DNA from: Vicugna vicugna
Lineage: Eukaryota
Direction of reading: 5' to 3'
Assembly (NCBI GenBank): GCA_013265495.1
Contig: MU058384.1
Location: forward strand, 4,708,792 to 4,772,791
Length of the DNA stretch: 64,000 nucleotides
In this document: positions 11,540-22,809 of the stretch, one piece after another
How the letters are laid out: the number at the start of each line of letters is the position of its first letter
Numbering within the stretch: position 1 is the stretch's first letter
Made by a program: the position numbers and the translations under genes
The notes under the pieces: model-generated
Databases searched by the model: none
Seen by the model: only the letters and a program-made list of their open reading frames with translations
What the model was told of the DNA's origin: nothing

Positions 11540-12090
11540 ATTAATTCACTCGGCATTTATTTATTTAAAACATGTGTATTGAGTTCTCAACTCTATACTA
11601 GACCCCATGATAGTAGCTAGGGATGTAGTTACTAACTACTTAGTATAGTGGGGGAGATACAGTATATTTATATGTATAGATATGCAAATAATTATCTAAG
11701 TTCAAGTTGGCTTAACTGCTATGAAGGAAAAGAAGAGTCTGCCAGGGAAACAGGGAAATTTAAATGAGGTTGTCAGGAAGTGTTCCACCTTAGAGGCAAC
11801 ATTTTAACAAGCAGTTTAACACCAACCAGGTGTGAAGAGTTAGAGGAAGTTTGCACCAGGAAGAAGCAGCTTCACACGGGAAATTCTTGTTCTGGCAACA
11901 GAGCTAGGAAAACGTCAGTATGGCTAGAATGTAGGGACCTAAGGGGATATTTGTCTTGATTTGAAGCTGTACAGATAGGCAGACCAGGAAGTGAGAACCC
12001 TGTAGACCATATGAAGGATTTGTTTTATTTTGCCCTAAGTGAAATGGGAAACTCACAGGGTCTTAAGCAAGCATGAACTGATTTATGCTT
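11540..12090 (-). mobile_element. L2 LINE 3' fragment
   Basis: catttatttatttaaaacatgtgtattgagt.. tail followed by purine-rich L2 body. Confidence 0.55.
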
Positions 12091-12552
12091 TAAAGAGGAA
12101 ATAACTTTCAGCTTTTTAGTATTTGTTGAAGGCTGATTATTGATCAGGCAAGTGTTAGTCATTTTTCATGCAAAATGATCTTTGACATAGGATTATTCTG
12201 ATTTTACAGATAAGGAAGTTGAAATTTAGAGATGTTAAGTAACTTGTTTAAGGCCACATAACTAACAGTAGTAGATGCTACTGTGTATCATAAATAAAGT
12301 TAACTTAGCAAAGGAAACTTTTAGAGGGAATAGCCTGAAAGGTAAGAGGGATACAGGTGAGTGTGGTATCACCAAAGCCAAAAGAGATGTTTTTTGAGAA
12401 AGAAGATCTAGTCAGTTGTTTTAGTGTAGCCAGAGAACTCATGCTGGTTTATACAAGACAGTGGGATTTTTATGTTGTTGTTTATTTTAAGCATAATATA
12501 TGTGATAATGGAGTTGTTTCAAAAATGACGTGAGTCTTTATTTCACTCATAG

Positions 12553-12677
12553 TTGAGAGTGAAGCCAAAGTGAAGACAAAAGTTCGCTTTGAGGAATTGC
12601 TTAAGGCCCACAATGATCTAAGACGTGAAAGGAAAAAACTGAAGAAAAAAATTGGCAAATCTGGAGAAAAACTCTCA
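12553..12677 (+). CDS. AHI1: AHI1 coding exon 2 (125 nt; [42 protein letters not shown]), coiled-coil region
   Basis: catag acceptor, GTGAGT donor; translation matches the AHI1 N-terminus. Confidence 0.95.
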
Positions 12678-13329
12678 GTGAGTAATTAATCATTTGGTAA
12701 TGATGACTTACATATCTGCACAGAATTACAGCTTTCATATGAAAACTCTGAAAAACTGGAAATTTAAGAACAGTAAATCTATGTCATGGTCAATAACATG
12801 GTAAAATAAAGCTTTCTTTAGAATCAGCCTCCCTCTTGGAGTACTGAGTTCTTAAGTGCTGTCCTACAAGGGTAGCAGACAAACTGGTGAGAGTGACTGC
12901 CAATAACCGGGAAACTCAAAACTAGCCGTATTACACATTTTTTAAGAAAATCAAGATTTTATCCCTGAATTATGAAGAATTTATGAAGGAAGTAATATCT
13001 TACTTCAGATATTCAGTGGCTTATCTTTATTTAGACTTACTCATCTGTTTCTACCCAGCAGAACCGGAAGAAATCAATGGAATCATAAGGAGATAATTAT
13101 TCTTTTGTACTTGAAGTACAGTTTCAAATGATAGAATTTTGGCACCACACTTGAAAGGATTGAAAATACAGAACTCAAAGCAATACTAAACAAATCAGCA
13201 ATTAACATCAACCCAGTTCCCAGGGTTTTTAGAGTTTGTAATAGTATGTCAGCTAATGTCCTATTCACTCTTCAAATCTATCTTGCTATTTCCATTAAAT
13301 TTTTTACTCCTTTGACCATAATCTCTGTG

Positions 13330-13362
13330 TACACACACACACACATACACACACACACACAC
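13330..13362. repeat. (CA)n microsatellite
   Basis: Directly visible. Confidence 0.9.
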
Positions 13363-16159
13363 AAATGCACAAATAAATAACTTCATGCATGTTCTGCTAA
13401 TTGATACAAAGAATACATACATTTCTTTGGCAGGAGTTTTATGAGTTATATGCATCCTACATTTTACTTGTAGCAAATTTTACCCTAGTCTATAATTTGA
13501 GACTTGTTCATTTTAATATTCCGTCTGGCAGCCATCAGTATAACAGGTATATTGGCAAGTGAGGCAAAAAAAAAAAAAGTAATAACGTTGGCTAGAATAC
13601 AGCCACCCACGTGTGAGGGGTTCATAGTACACCAGTGTACTACTGCATACCAATTAAGAACTGCTGATGGAATGGAGCAGATTAGGTCTCCCATAGTGGA
13701 TGCTGCTCTAAAATGGAAAATGCTGCTGCTTCTGTACCAGTATGCAGCTTGGTAGGGAATAGTGGCATGAGGAGGATGGAACACTGCCGTCCCCTTGAGC
13801 AGGTGGTGTATATTGGGCAAAAGCAGAAAGAATGCTGAAAACAACTGCCGGATATTTTTATGGACTCAAAGTAGAACCTCATACTTTCTCTCATCGTCAG
13901 AACTGGGCTTTGTGAGCATGAACAAGGGGCAGTTTGGGCCAGGAATGTGAAATTAATTGGATAACCAGAAAATGGGCAGAAGACATGTCCATTTATTTAG
14001 GGTCCAGTTTAGATGTTGGGAACAACACAAGTGGGAGGCGATTAAACATGATCCAGTCAGCCTCTTTTGGCACACACCAGACTATTCAAGATCTCTCTTT
14101 ATTTAGAGATAAGTATTCTAAAAAATTACATTTAGGAAGAGATTTTTCAGCTCAGAAGAAGAGGATTGTTCCTGGAAAACTTAGAGGAAACAAAATATTT
14201 TTGAAATGATTTATTTTAGCAAATAGAAGAGGAATACTTGCTTTAATTTACTAGCTAATGGTGTTTTCTATGTTTCAAGCACTCTTCTGAACATTTTATG
14301 TGTGTTCACCCATTTGTAATACAAACAATAAAATTTTGAAGTTTTCTTTCCCTTTTTAGATGGAGAAATTGGATCACAGAGAGGTTGAATAACTTACCCA
14401 AAGTTACATAGTTAGTGGTAGAACCAGGATTCAAACTCTTGACAGTCTGACTGCAGAATCCTCTCTCTCAATCACAACCCTTTAGGAGCTCTTTTAATAA
14501 GACATGAACAAGAACAGTGAATGCCCTGTACAGAGCAGGCATATATTCTGGAATCAGAAGGATCTTCAGTGTTTTATAGTTATGCCTTAACCAATCTTCA
14601 GAATAACTTTATGAGTGAGTTCTGTTCCTGTTAACATGTAAGGAAGTACTGTAAGTAAAAAACATAAATAGGAAGATCCTAAATCTTTAAGTGAGCTAAA
14701 GGCATGAGGAAAAAAACTAATTTCAATCTAACGTTGACTTATAAAATAAAAGCACTTTAAAAGGGATTCAGATTGGAACCCAGAGATGGTTTTTTTGCTT
14801 ACCAAATAAATGTCTGAAAGTTTAGTAGCAAGGTAGAGAGCAAGGCTTTTAAGTATAATGCTCATAGAAAGGTGAAGTAGTGCAACAACTATAGACAACC
14901 TTTTCAGGAAGTTTGGTTGGGAAAAGGAATATTATGAAGATGATACTCACTACATTCAGATATTTAAATACTGATAGCAGGAAAGTAACGGAGGGACTGA
15001 TGATATGGGGCAGGAAGTTTTTCTAGAACACAGGTAAGGAAGACCACCTCTTTATAAGAAGGAAGGAGAAAAATATCATTTGGGGTGCATGCAAATTTAT
15101 AGATTTGGTAGCAGAAAGTTCCGACTTCCCATATGATGGCTTCTACCTGTGAAAGCAAGTCCAGAAATGACAACATTGGACATTAGAGATGAGTGAAGAG
15201 AGTTTGAAATGGCCATTGCGTTCATGGAGTTAAACTCATCTAGGTGTTTTCAGTGCCAGGTATGAAAGAGTTGCAAATGAACAGATTATGCAGCATAGAA
15301 GAATTGTCCAGTATCTTTGAGATCTCAGTTGAATTCGTAGACCGTATTTTTATAATAGTACCAATTTTTGAAGTGGTTCAGGGTCTTCCAGCCATGTTCA
15401 ACAGCCTCCTTGTAGTTACAGAGATGAAGGTCACTTAATTTGAATGATGCTTGCAGTTTTTCCATATAAGTGTATTGGATCAAAAGTACATGATATTGGC
15501 AAGTGATGACTGAAGTGATGGATTATGAAACCAAAGTATCAGGAGATGAAGATAAGAGGGACAGGATAAATAAGAAGGATATGTTGGGTTCCCAGTATAA
15601 TGAACTGTTGATTATTTTACAGCACTAAGTCTGGAATGGTTTGACACTCAGCAGTAATAACTGGAACAAATGAACATAAATTGCTAAGTAGAGAATAAAC
15701 ACTTAAACTGTAGCTATTATCAATTTTGAAGTTGCATCTGAAATTTTACCTTTTAAAAGGGAGAATTTAAATCATGTTTTGTTCATTGTCCATCCTATAT
15801 CATCTTGATTTCACTCCTTGATTTTCTCCTGTATCATTTTATCCTTATAACAGTTACTTCATAGGGGCTATGGATAACTTCTTTTATGAATAACAGCTTC
15901 CAAAAATGTTTTTTGTGTATTAAATTAATTTTAAAGGGTGGAAGATATTCTAAGTTCTCTCACTGTTAGTAATATCCTTTAGTTGTTTCATGTATTCATT
16001 CACCTTTATCAAGTACTCTGTTCCAAGGGCTCAGAGCTCAGTTCCCAGCAACCTGCTAAGGGCTGGTCCTGAAAATAGTCATGTCTTGGGATTTGCAGAT
16101 TTTAAGCAGCTAGGGCTGCTGGGTTAACCCTTTTCTGCACAGCCTCTAAACATATCAAT

Positions 16160-18232
16160 TAGGAAAAAAGGAAAGAAGACACAAATTACCAGTATTATGA
16201 ATGTAGGAGGGCATTCACTGCAGATGTGTTACAGACTTTAAAAGGATAATAAGGGAGTATTATGAATAACTTTTTGACAACACACTTAGCAGTTTAGATG
16301 AAATGCATAAATTACTTGAAGGACACAAACTACCAAAGCTCACTCAAAAAGAGACACATAACTTAAATATTAAATATCTTAAAAAAAAAGTATCTGTGGT
16401 TAAGAACCTGCCCACAAAGAAAACTCAGTGGTTAGTTTTCTCTGGTGGCTTCATTGATAAATTTTACCAAACATTTGAGAAAGAAATCATATTAATTCTG
16501 TAGAAATTCTTTCAAACTATGCAAAAAGAGGGAATAATCCACTCTTTTTTGGAGGCAGTCATTAACAACCCTGATACTAAAGCTAGACAAAGACATTACA
16601 AGAAAACTACACCAGTACCTCTTTTGAACATAGAGCAGATATCTTCCACAAAATGTTAGGGAATCAATCTTGCATTATATAAAAAGGATAATAATACACT
16701 ATGACCAAGTGAGGGTTTATCTCAGGAATATATCGCAACGTTTGAAAAATCAGTCGAGGTAATTCACCATATCATAAGTTTAAATAAAACCATTTGATCA
16801 TCTCAATAAATACAGAAAAAAAACTTGACAAAATTCATCGCCTATTCTGATAACTATAAAAAAGAATAGAAAGGAATTTCCTTAGCTTGATAAAGGGCAT
16901 CTACAAAAACCTACAGTTAAGATCATACTTATAAGTAAAAAACTGAAAGCTTTTGCCCCAAGCTTGAACACATCAGTCTCAAAAAAATGCCATTAGAGCT
17001 ATTGAATGATTTTAGCAGAATATAAGGTCCAAATATAAAAACCAATTGTTATTTCTATACCAGTAATGAATATTTTGAATTGAAAATTTTAAATAGCATT
17101 TATGGCAGTAACAAAAATATATAGCAATCAAGGATAAGTTTATAAAAAAAAATACAAACCTGTATACTGGAAACCCCCAAGCTGCTGGAAATAAAGACCA
17201 AATAAATAGATGCCCAATGTTTATGGATTGGAAGAATCATCATTGTCCAATAATTATTGGCAGATTATTGTCTATTCTTGGAAAATTGACCTATTGATTT
17301 AGTTGAGTCCTAATCAAAATGCCAGCAGGTTTTTTAAGAATTGAAAATTTAATTATGAAATCTATTTGGAAATTTAAACAACAGACCTAGAATTGCCAAA
17401 GCAAATTTGAAAAAGAACTAAGTTAAAGAAATTTTACAATCTGATTCAAAACTCATTGTAAAGCTATAGTAATTCACGACAACCTGGTATTGTCACGAAG
17501 ACAGTTATATAGGTCATAGGGCAGAAGAGAGTCTAGAAGGAGACCCTAATGTATATAGTCATTGTTGACAAAATTGCCAAGGTACCTCACTGAGGAAAAG
17601 GTTAGTCTTTTCAACAAATAGTGCTGGAACAATAAGATATACGTATACAATTTTATGAACTATGACTGTTCAAATAGAAACAAGTCAATCACCTAAAATA
17701 CAGAAGAGCTAAAACTGTATAACTTAGAGAAGAAGCAGGAAAAAACCTTGGTAACCTTAGTTATGAATAGATTTCTCAGGATACAAAAACATGAACCATA
17801 GAAGAAGAAAGGGATAAATTGGGCCTTGTGAAAATTGAAACATTGCTAAGAAAATGAAAAGATAAGTTACAAGTTGAGAGAAAATATTCACAACATATTG
17901 TCTGATAAAGTGTATTTAGTACACTTAAAGAACTCTCAGAACTTGATGATTTTAAAATAAACAATCTTATGAAAATAGGCAGAAGATTTGAACACTTAAC
18001 CAAAGAAGAGATACAGATGTGGAAGGATAGGGGTTGACTTTGTAAAAGAACACATGGGTTGCTGGAAATGTTTTACATCATGATGTGGTGGTGTCATGGC
18101 TGTATGTATTTGCCAGATTCTCATGCCAAGTAAATTTGCCAAATTTACTTAAGTACACACTTAAAACTGGTGACTATTATAGTAATTCATGTAATTTATT
18201 AAGTTATGTCTCAATAAAGCTGATTTTAAAAA
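16160..18232 (+). mobile_element. Degenerate old L1 (L1M) ORF2 plus 3' end, sense orientation, with internal deletions
   Basis: ORF 16303-16503 (MHKLLEGHKLPKLTQKETHNLN) resembles L1 ORF2. Further motifs: tgatcatctcaataaatacagaaaaa, gtcttttcaacaaatagtgctggaacaa. Ends tatgtctcaataaagctg. Confidence 0.85.
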
Positions 18233-18998
18233 CAGACAAATTGAAGCGAGAAACCTAAATGATGCCAAGACTGCAAAGACCAAAGGATAGGCAAAAATAT
18301 AATAGAAAATGAACAGATGTATTTAGGACACTTCAAAATTCAGTGATAATCCATGAATTATGAAATTCCATAAAGTAGACCTTTTTTTAAGTATAGTACA
18401 AAAAACTAGAAATCAATAACAAAAGATTAAAATTTATAAACTACTTAGAAATGTAAAAACTGTCCTATGAAACTGTTAGCAAGAAAAAGGAAATCCAGAG
18501 CACCAGAACAGGATATTTAAAAAGTAATGAAACTATCAGTTCAATGAAGTGAAATGTATGGAATGCTACCAAAGATTCTCTGTGAATTGTATTTTAAATG
18601 AAGTTAGTACAAAGGTTGAAAGATCGGTAGAAGAGTGTAAATGAAAAACTGGACCTCATCTGATTAGCTTTCCCAGAGTTTCATTTACAAAATCTTTTCT
18701 TCTAGACCATTATTTTTCCTTCTAGTTCTGATTCTTGGTTATCTTTTCCAAAGTTACTTCCTTCAGGAATGTCCTCACAATTTGTATACATTGCCACTAC
18801 GTTTCTGGTACTCACTGAGAAAGTAGAAGAAATATGCATATGCCCCATTTTGACATAATGGAAATTCAAGATTATTAGATATGACTGTATTCATAGAAAA
18901 AAGGTAGAAATAAGTTTCTGAAATGATTAGCAATGATTTTCCTAGTATGAAACAACCAGGATTGAGCTTTGGGTCTTTTTTCCCCTAAATGTTTTCTG

Positions 18999-19061
18999 AT
19001 TTTTTCTTTTTTTTCTTTCTTTTTTTTTTTTTTTTCTTTTTTTTTTTTTTTATTTTTTTTA
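18999..19061. repeat. Poly(T)-rich tract
   Basis: About 60 nt of near-pure T. Confidence 0.9.
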
Positions 19062-20721
19062 CTATTTTAAGTTTGGCATATATTATATCTATGAGAAACA
19101 GAACATATGAAAATGAACTTCTTTGAGAGAAAATACTTTTATTATATTTAATTAAGAGAAATTTTTTTGAGGATATGGCTTCATAATTTGTCCCTGAATA
19201 GATAGAATTTGGAAATACATTTTAGGTGAGCAAAAGAGTCTTGGAGATGGTACAATATTGGATATATATGGGATACTAGTTGTTTTAGCATTTTTCCATC
19301 TTTTTACATATATTAGATATTTTCTAACTACTTTTAAACATGGAGATTTTAAAAAATTGAACTTCAGTCTTCATCAGTAAGCTCATCCATTTCTGGGACA
19401 ATTCTTCATTGATAACTAGCTTTCATCTTGTAAGCACTTTGGTTTTGCCCATTCTGTTTTTCAACATGTCTCTTAAGCTTTTATTTCTGTCACTCAAAAT
19501 TATAATTCTAACATCTGCTGTTGTCTTTTTTAATCTCATATGCTTTTTAATTTCTTCATTATATTAATTTCACTTATTTTAAATTATTTTGTTTATTTTT
19601 CTTCACTGTTAATTTTTCTGTTTTATTGGATTTGATGGCTTTTCCTTCATTGTGATACTTTCCTTCAGTGTTTGTCAGCTTTTAGTTGTTAGTCATTTTT
19701 CTATATGAGTATTTCTCTTCTGCCTGTTGGTTGTTTTCAACATAGTTTGCTTCTGCTGTTGGTGAGGGTGTGCCTACCTGAATAGATGCTGCAACACTTC
19801 TCTGTACACAACTGCTTTATCCTCTGGGTGAAAGTCACCAGGTAACACAGACGGAGGTGGAGGACAGAGCTGTCCTTACCAGCTTCTCAGTTGGTTGTTC
19901 TCAGGCTTATCCTTCCTTCTTGTATTATTTGACTCTGAGCTTATGGCTTTTTCAGAACCACCCTTTTCTCTGGAGAAGTCTTTTCCTGTGGGTTATGGTT
20001 TTTTCTGGTAGTTTCTTAATAGATCTAATCATGCCTATTTTTTATCCTTGGGGAATTTCTCAAAATATTAATTTTATTACTAGTAACATTCCTTTTTGAT
20101 TTCTAACCTTATTTTCTATTAAAATATCTCACATTTTGAATAATGTTGATTGGGGAAAGACGTACAGGTGTGTGCTTAGTTTGTCATTTGATGTAACTTG
20201 ATAATACTTGATACTTAGCAGTATTTGCAGTGATACGTTTGAACTAATTGCAGGTAATCCGAGAGCTATAGACCTTTAGTTTTAGAATGTAATTATAAAG
20301 CAAGATAAATGACGTGTATGTGTTTTCTATTGGGGAACATGAAGTACTATAACCATGGCTCTTTTAGCAATTTCTCAAATATCCCTTAACTAGATTAGAG
20401 TATGGATCATTCTGCCAAAGAGGAAAGTAACATTTGAGATTCGAGCAATAATTCACTTCTGAAAAGTCAGTAAGTACTTTTCCCCATGTTAATTAACTAA
20501 CTCATTTGAGCTGAAGTTAACTCACAAGATTACTAATCTAATGCTGGGAAAATAAACTAGGAAAGTGCCCACCATTGCCCTAGAGTGGTGTCACTGTGCT
20601 CAAGCAAAAAATGAAATAATCCTCACAGTATTACACATGGTTGAACACTCATTGTTATTTTATCTTCATGTAACTAAGCTGTGCTTAGCTGAAACTTTGT
20701 TATTGTGTTGTTTTTTCCTAG

Positions 20722-21284
20722 CTTGACGCTGTTAGAAGCAATCTTCAGAAAATTAAAGAAACTGAAAGTGATTATATAAGTGCTGCTAACATCAATAATC
20801 CAGATAAGACCATGCGAGTCCCTAAAAACAAACCGAGAAATCTAACGTCAGCCGCTGAAAACCCAGATGATGATGTTAGTGTAGAGGAAGACACGCAAGA
20901 AAAGGCAACTAAAAAGGCTGTAAAGACAGCGCTCCAGGTGACTGCACAAGAAGTGGAACTGGAAACTCCTGAGAAGAAGGGGGATTCCACACCTCAGAAA
21001 GCACCGACCAAGTCACAGCCGGGTGCCACCCCTCAGAAAAGTGAGAGGGCCAAGGAAGAAAGAGAAAATAACAGTTTAGATGAGGAAGATGAGCTGATGC
21101 AGGTATACCAGCTCCAAGTGGCTGAAGAAATGGCGAAGGAGATTAAGAAGAAAATCAGAAAGAAACTCAAAGAGCAGTTGACTTACTTTCCCTCAGATAC
21201 TTCACTGCACGATGACAAATTGAGCGGTGAAAAAAGAAAAAAGAAAAAAAAGAAAGTTCCAATTCTGCCTAAATCTGAAACAAG
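20722..21284 (+). CDS. AHI1: AHI1 coding exon 3 (563 nt; [18 protein letters not shown]...[12 protein letters not shown])
   Basis: ttttttcctag acceptor, GTATGT donor; overlaps ORF 20812-21321 with the [25 protein letters not shown] motif. Confidence 0.96.
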
Positions 21285-21965
21285 GTATGTGACACCGATA
21301 AATATAAAATGTCCTCTTTAAAAAAACACTCTTATTTTCAGCTTTTGAATGATACCTGTAGTTTCACAAAGAAAATGTCTTCCAATTGGACATGTGGCCA
21401 GGACGGTACTAACAGCTCACCTGTATGTAGCACCTTCCTGTGTGCTAAATGCTTTACAAGGAATATGTACTATATTCCTTATAACAACCCTATGAAGAAT
21501 AATAGTATTATCATCCAGTTCTGTCGATGAGGAAACTGAAGGGTTTTCAGTCACAGAACCAGTAAGAAGCACAGCCGAACCTTGGCAGTCTTGCTCCAGA
21601 GTCACCCACCACCTTTAACTCTTCACTTACATCTGCTTCTTAAATAATTACCCAATTATTACCCCCTTTATTGAGTTACAAGTGCCTATTTGAGTATATG
21701 AAAATAGCATTTTTCCGTATTTTACAAATAATATTTACTCATTGAAGACTTACAGACACAGAGAAGAAAATAAAAGCAATCCAACCATCCAAAGATTACT
21801 ATTAGCTTACCATTTTAGTGCATGAGAAATACATGTATCTCCCAATAGGAAATAATACCTATTTTAGGATTATCCTTGCCTCAATTCACTATTCACTTTG
21901 CTGCACCATAAGTAGTAATAATAGTGGTACCTTTCTGATGGCTTGTACTTGGATTGTATTTGCAG

Positions 21966-22144
21966 TACATTGGTCATCTCTGATGACCCAGTCGAAGCTG
22001 AACAAAAGGAATCTCCAGTTGGAGTAGTTACTTCAGATTCTCATCAAGATGATGAAATAAGCTCAGTGGAACAAAATGTAGACAACAACATGCAAGATGA
22101 CACAAAATCCAAGCTGAAAAAAAAGAAAAAGAAGGCTAAAGCAG
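21966..22144 (+). CDS. AHI1: AHI1 coding exon 4 (179 nt; [10 protein letters not shown]...KKKKKKAKA)
   Basis: tttgcag acceptor, GTTTGT donor; [11 protein letters not shown] motif. Confidence 0.95.
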
Positions 22145-22809
22145 GTTTGTTATTCAAATTAAATGAAAAATGCATATCTTGGTAGGAAACACCTGATTCT
22201 AGGACTTTAGTCCTTAAAACTAAAGAAAATCTAGTCCCAAAGGGTATAATTGAAAAAAATCCAATGTAGTATATTTGGTACTTACGCTTGGATTCATCTA
22301 GATTATAGCATTCATTTATTTGTAACTGTGGGTCTCTGTAATATCAGTCTTACTTGTCGTCTCTAATTAGTGACTTGATTCAACTCTAGAATGACATTAA
22401 CTTTATAGTTGCTATTGTGGCATAGAAGATTTTTCTTCTTTATGTCATTGCCCGTAAATAATTAAGACTTATAGCATTGAAATCTGTAAATGGTCAACAG
22501 CCCATAAACATTTCAGATGTTAAAGCTGCGTCTCTGTCGAACGTGGTATCTTCCCAGTGCCTCCTAATTCAGCGTCTCTCCTTCCTGCCCGCTTTTCATT
22601 TTACCTCTTGCATTCTCCCTTCCTCTTTACTCATTTCTTTTTTCTTATTTTTCTTTACTTATTCTTGCCCTTTTCTTACTTCTTACATCTTTTTTTTCTT
22701 TTCAATTTCTATTTAATTGCCAAAAATTGAAACTAAAATAAGCAATTTTAGAGTATATGGTACTTATTCATTGGATGATGCAATTGATGGTGTTCTGTGG
22801 TTCCTGTAA

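Noticed and set aside
16303..16503. ORF with L1 ORF2 similarity as an active retrotransposon gene
   Set aside because: The surrounding element has many stops, frameshifts and deletions; it is a fossil.
20812..21321. 169-aa ORF as a standalone gene
   Set aside because: It is an internal AHI1 exon (20722-21284) read through its donor site.
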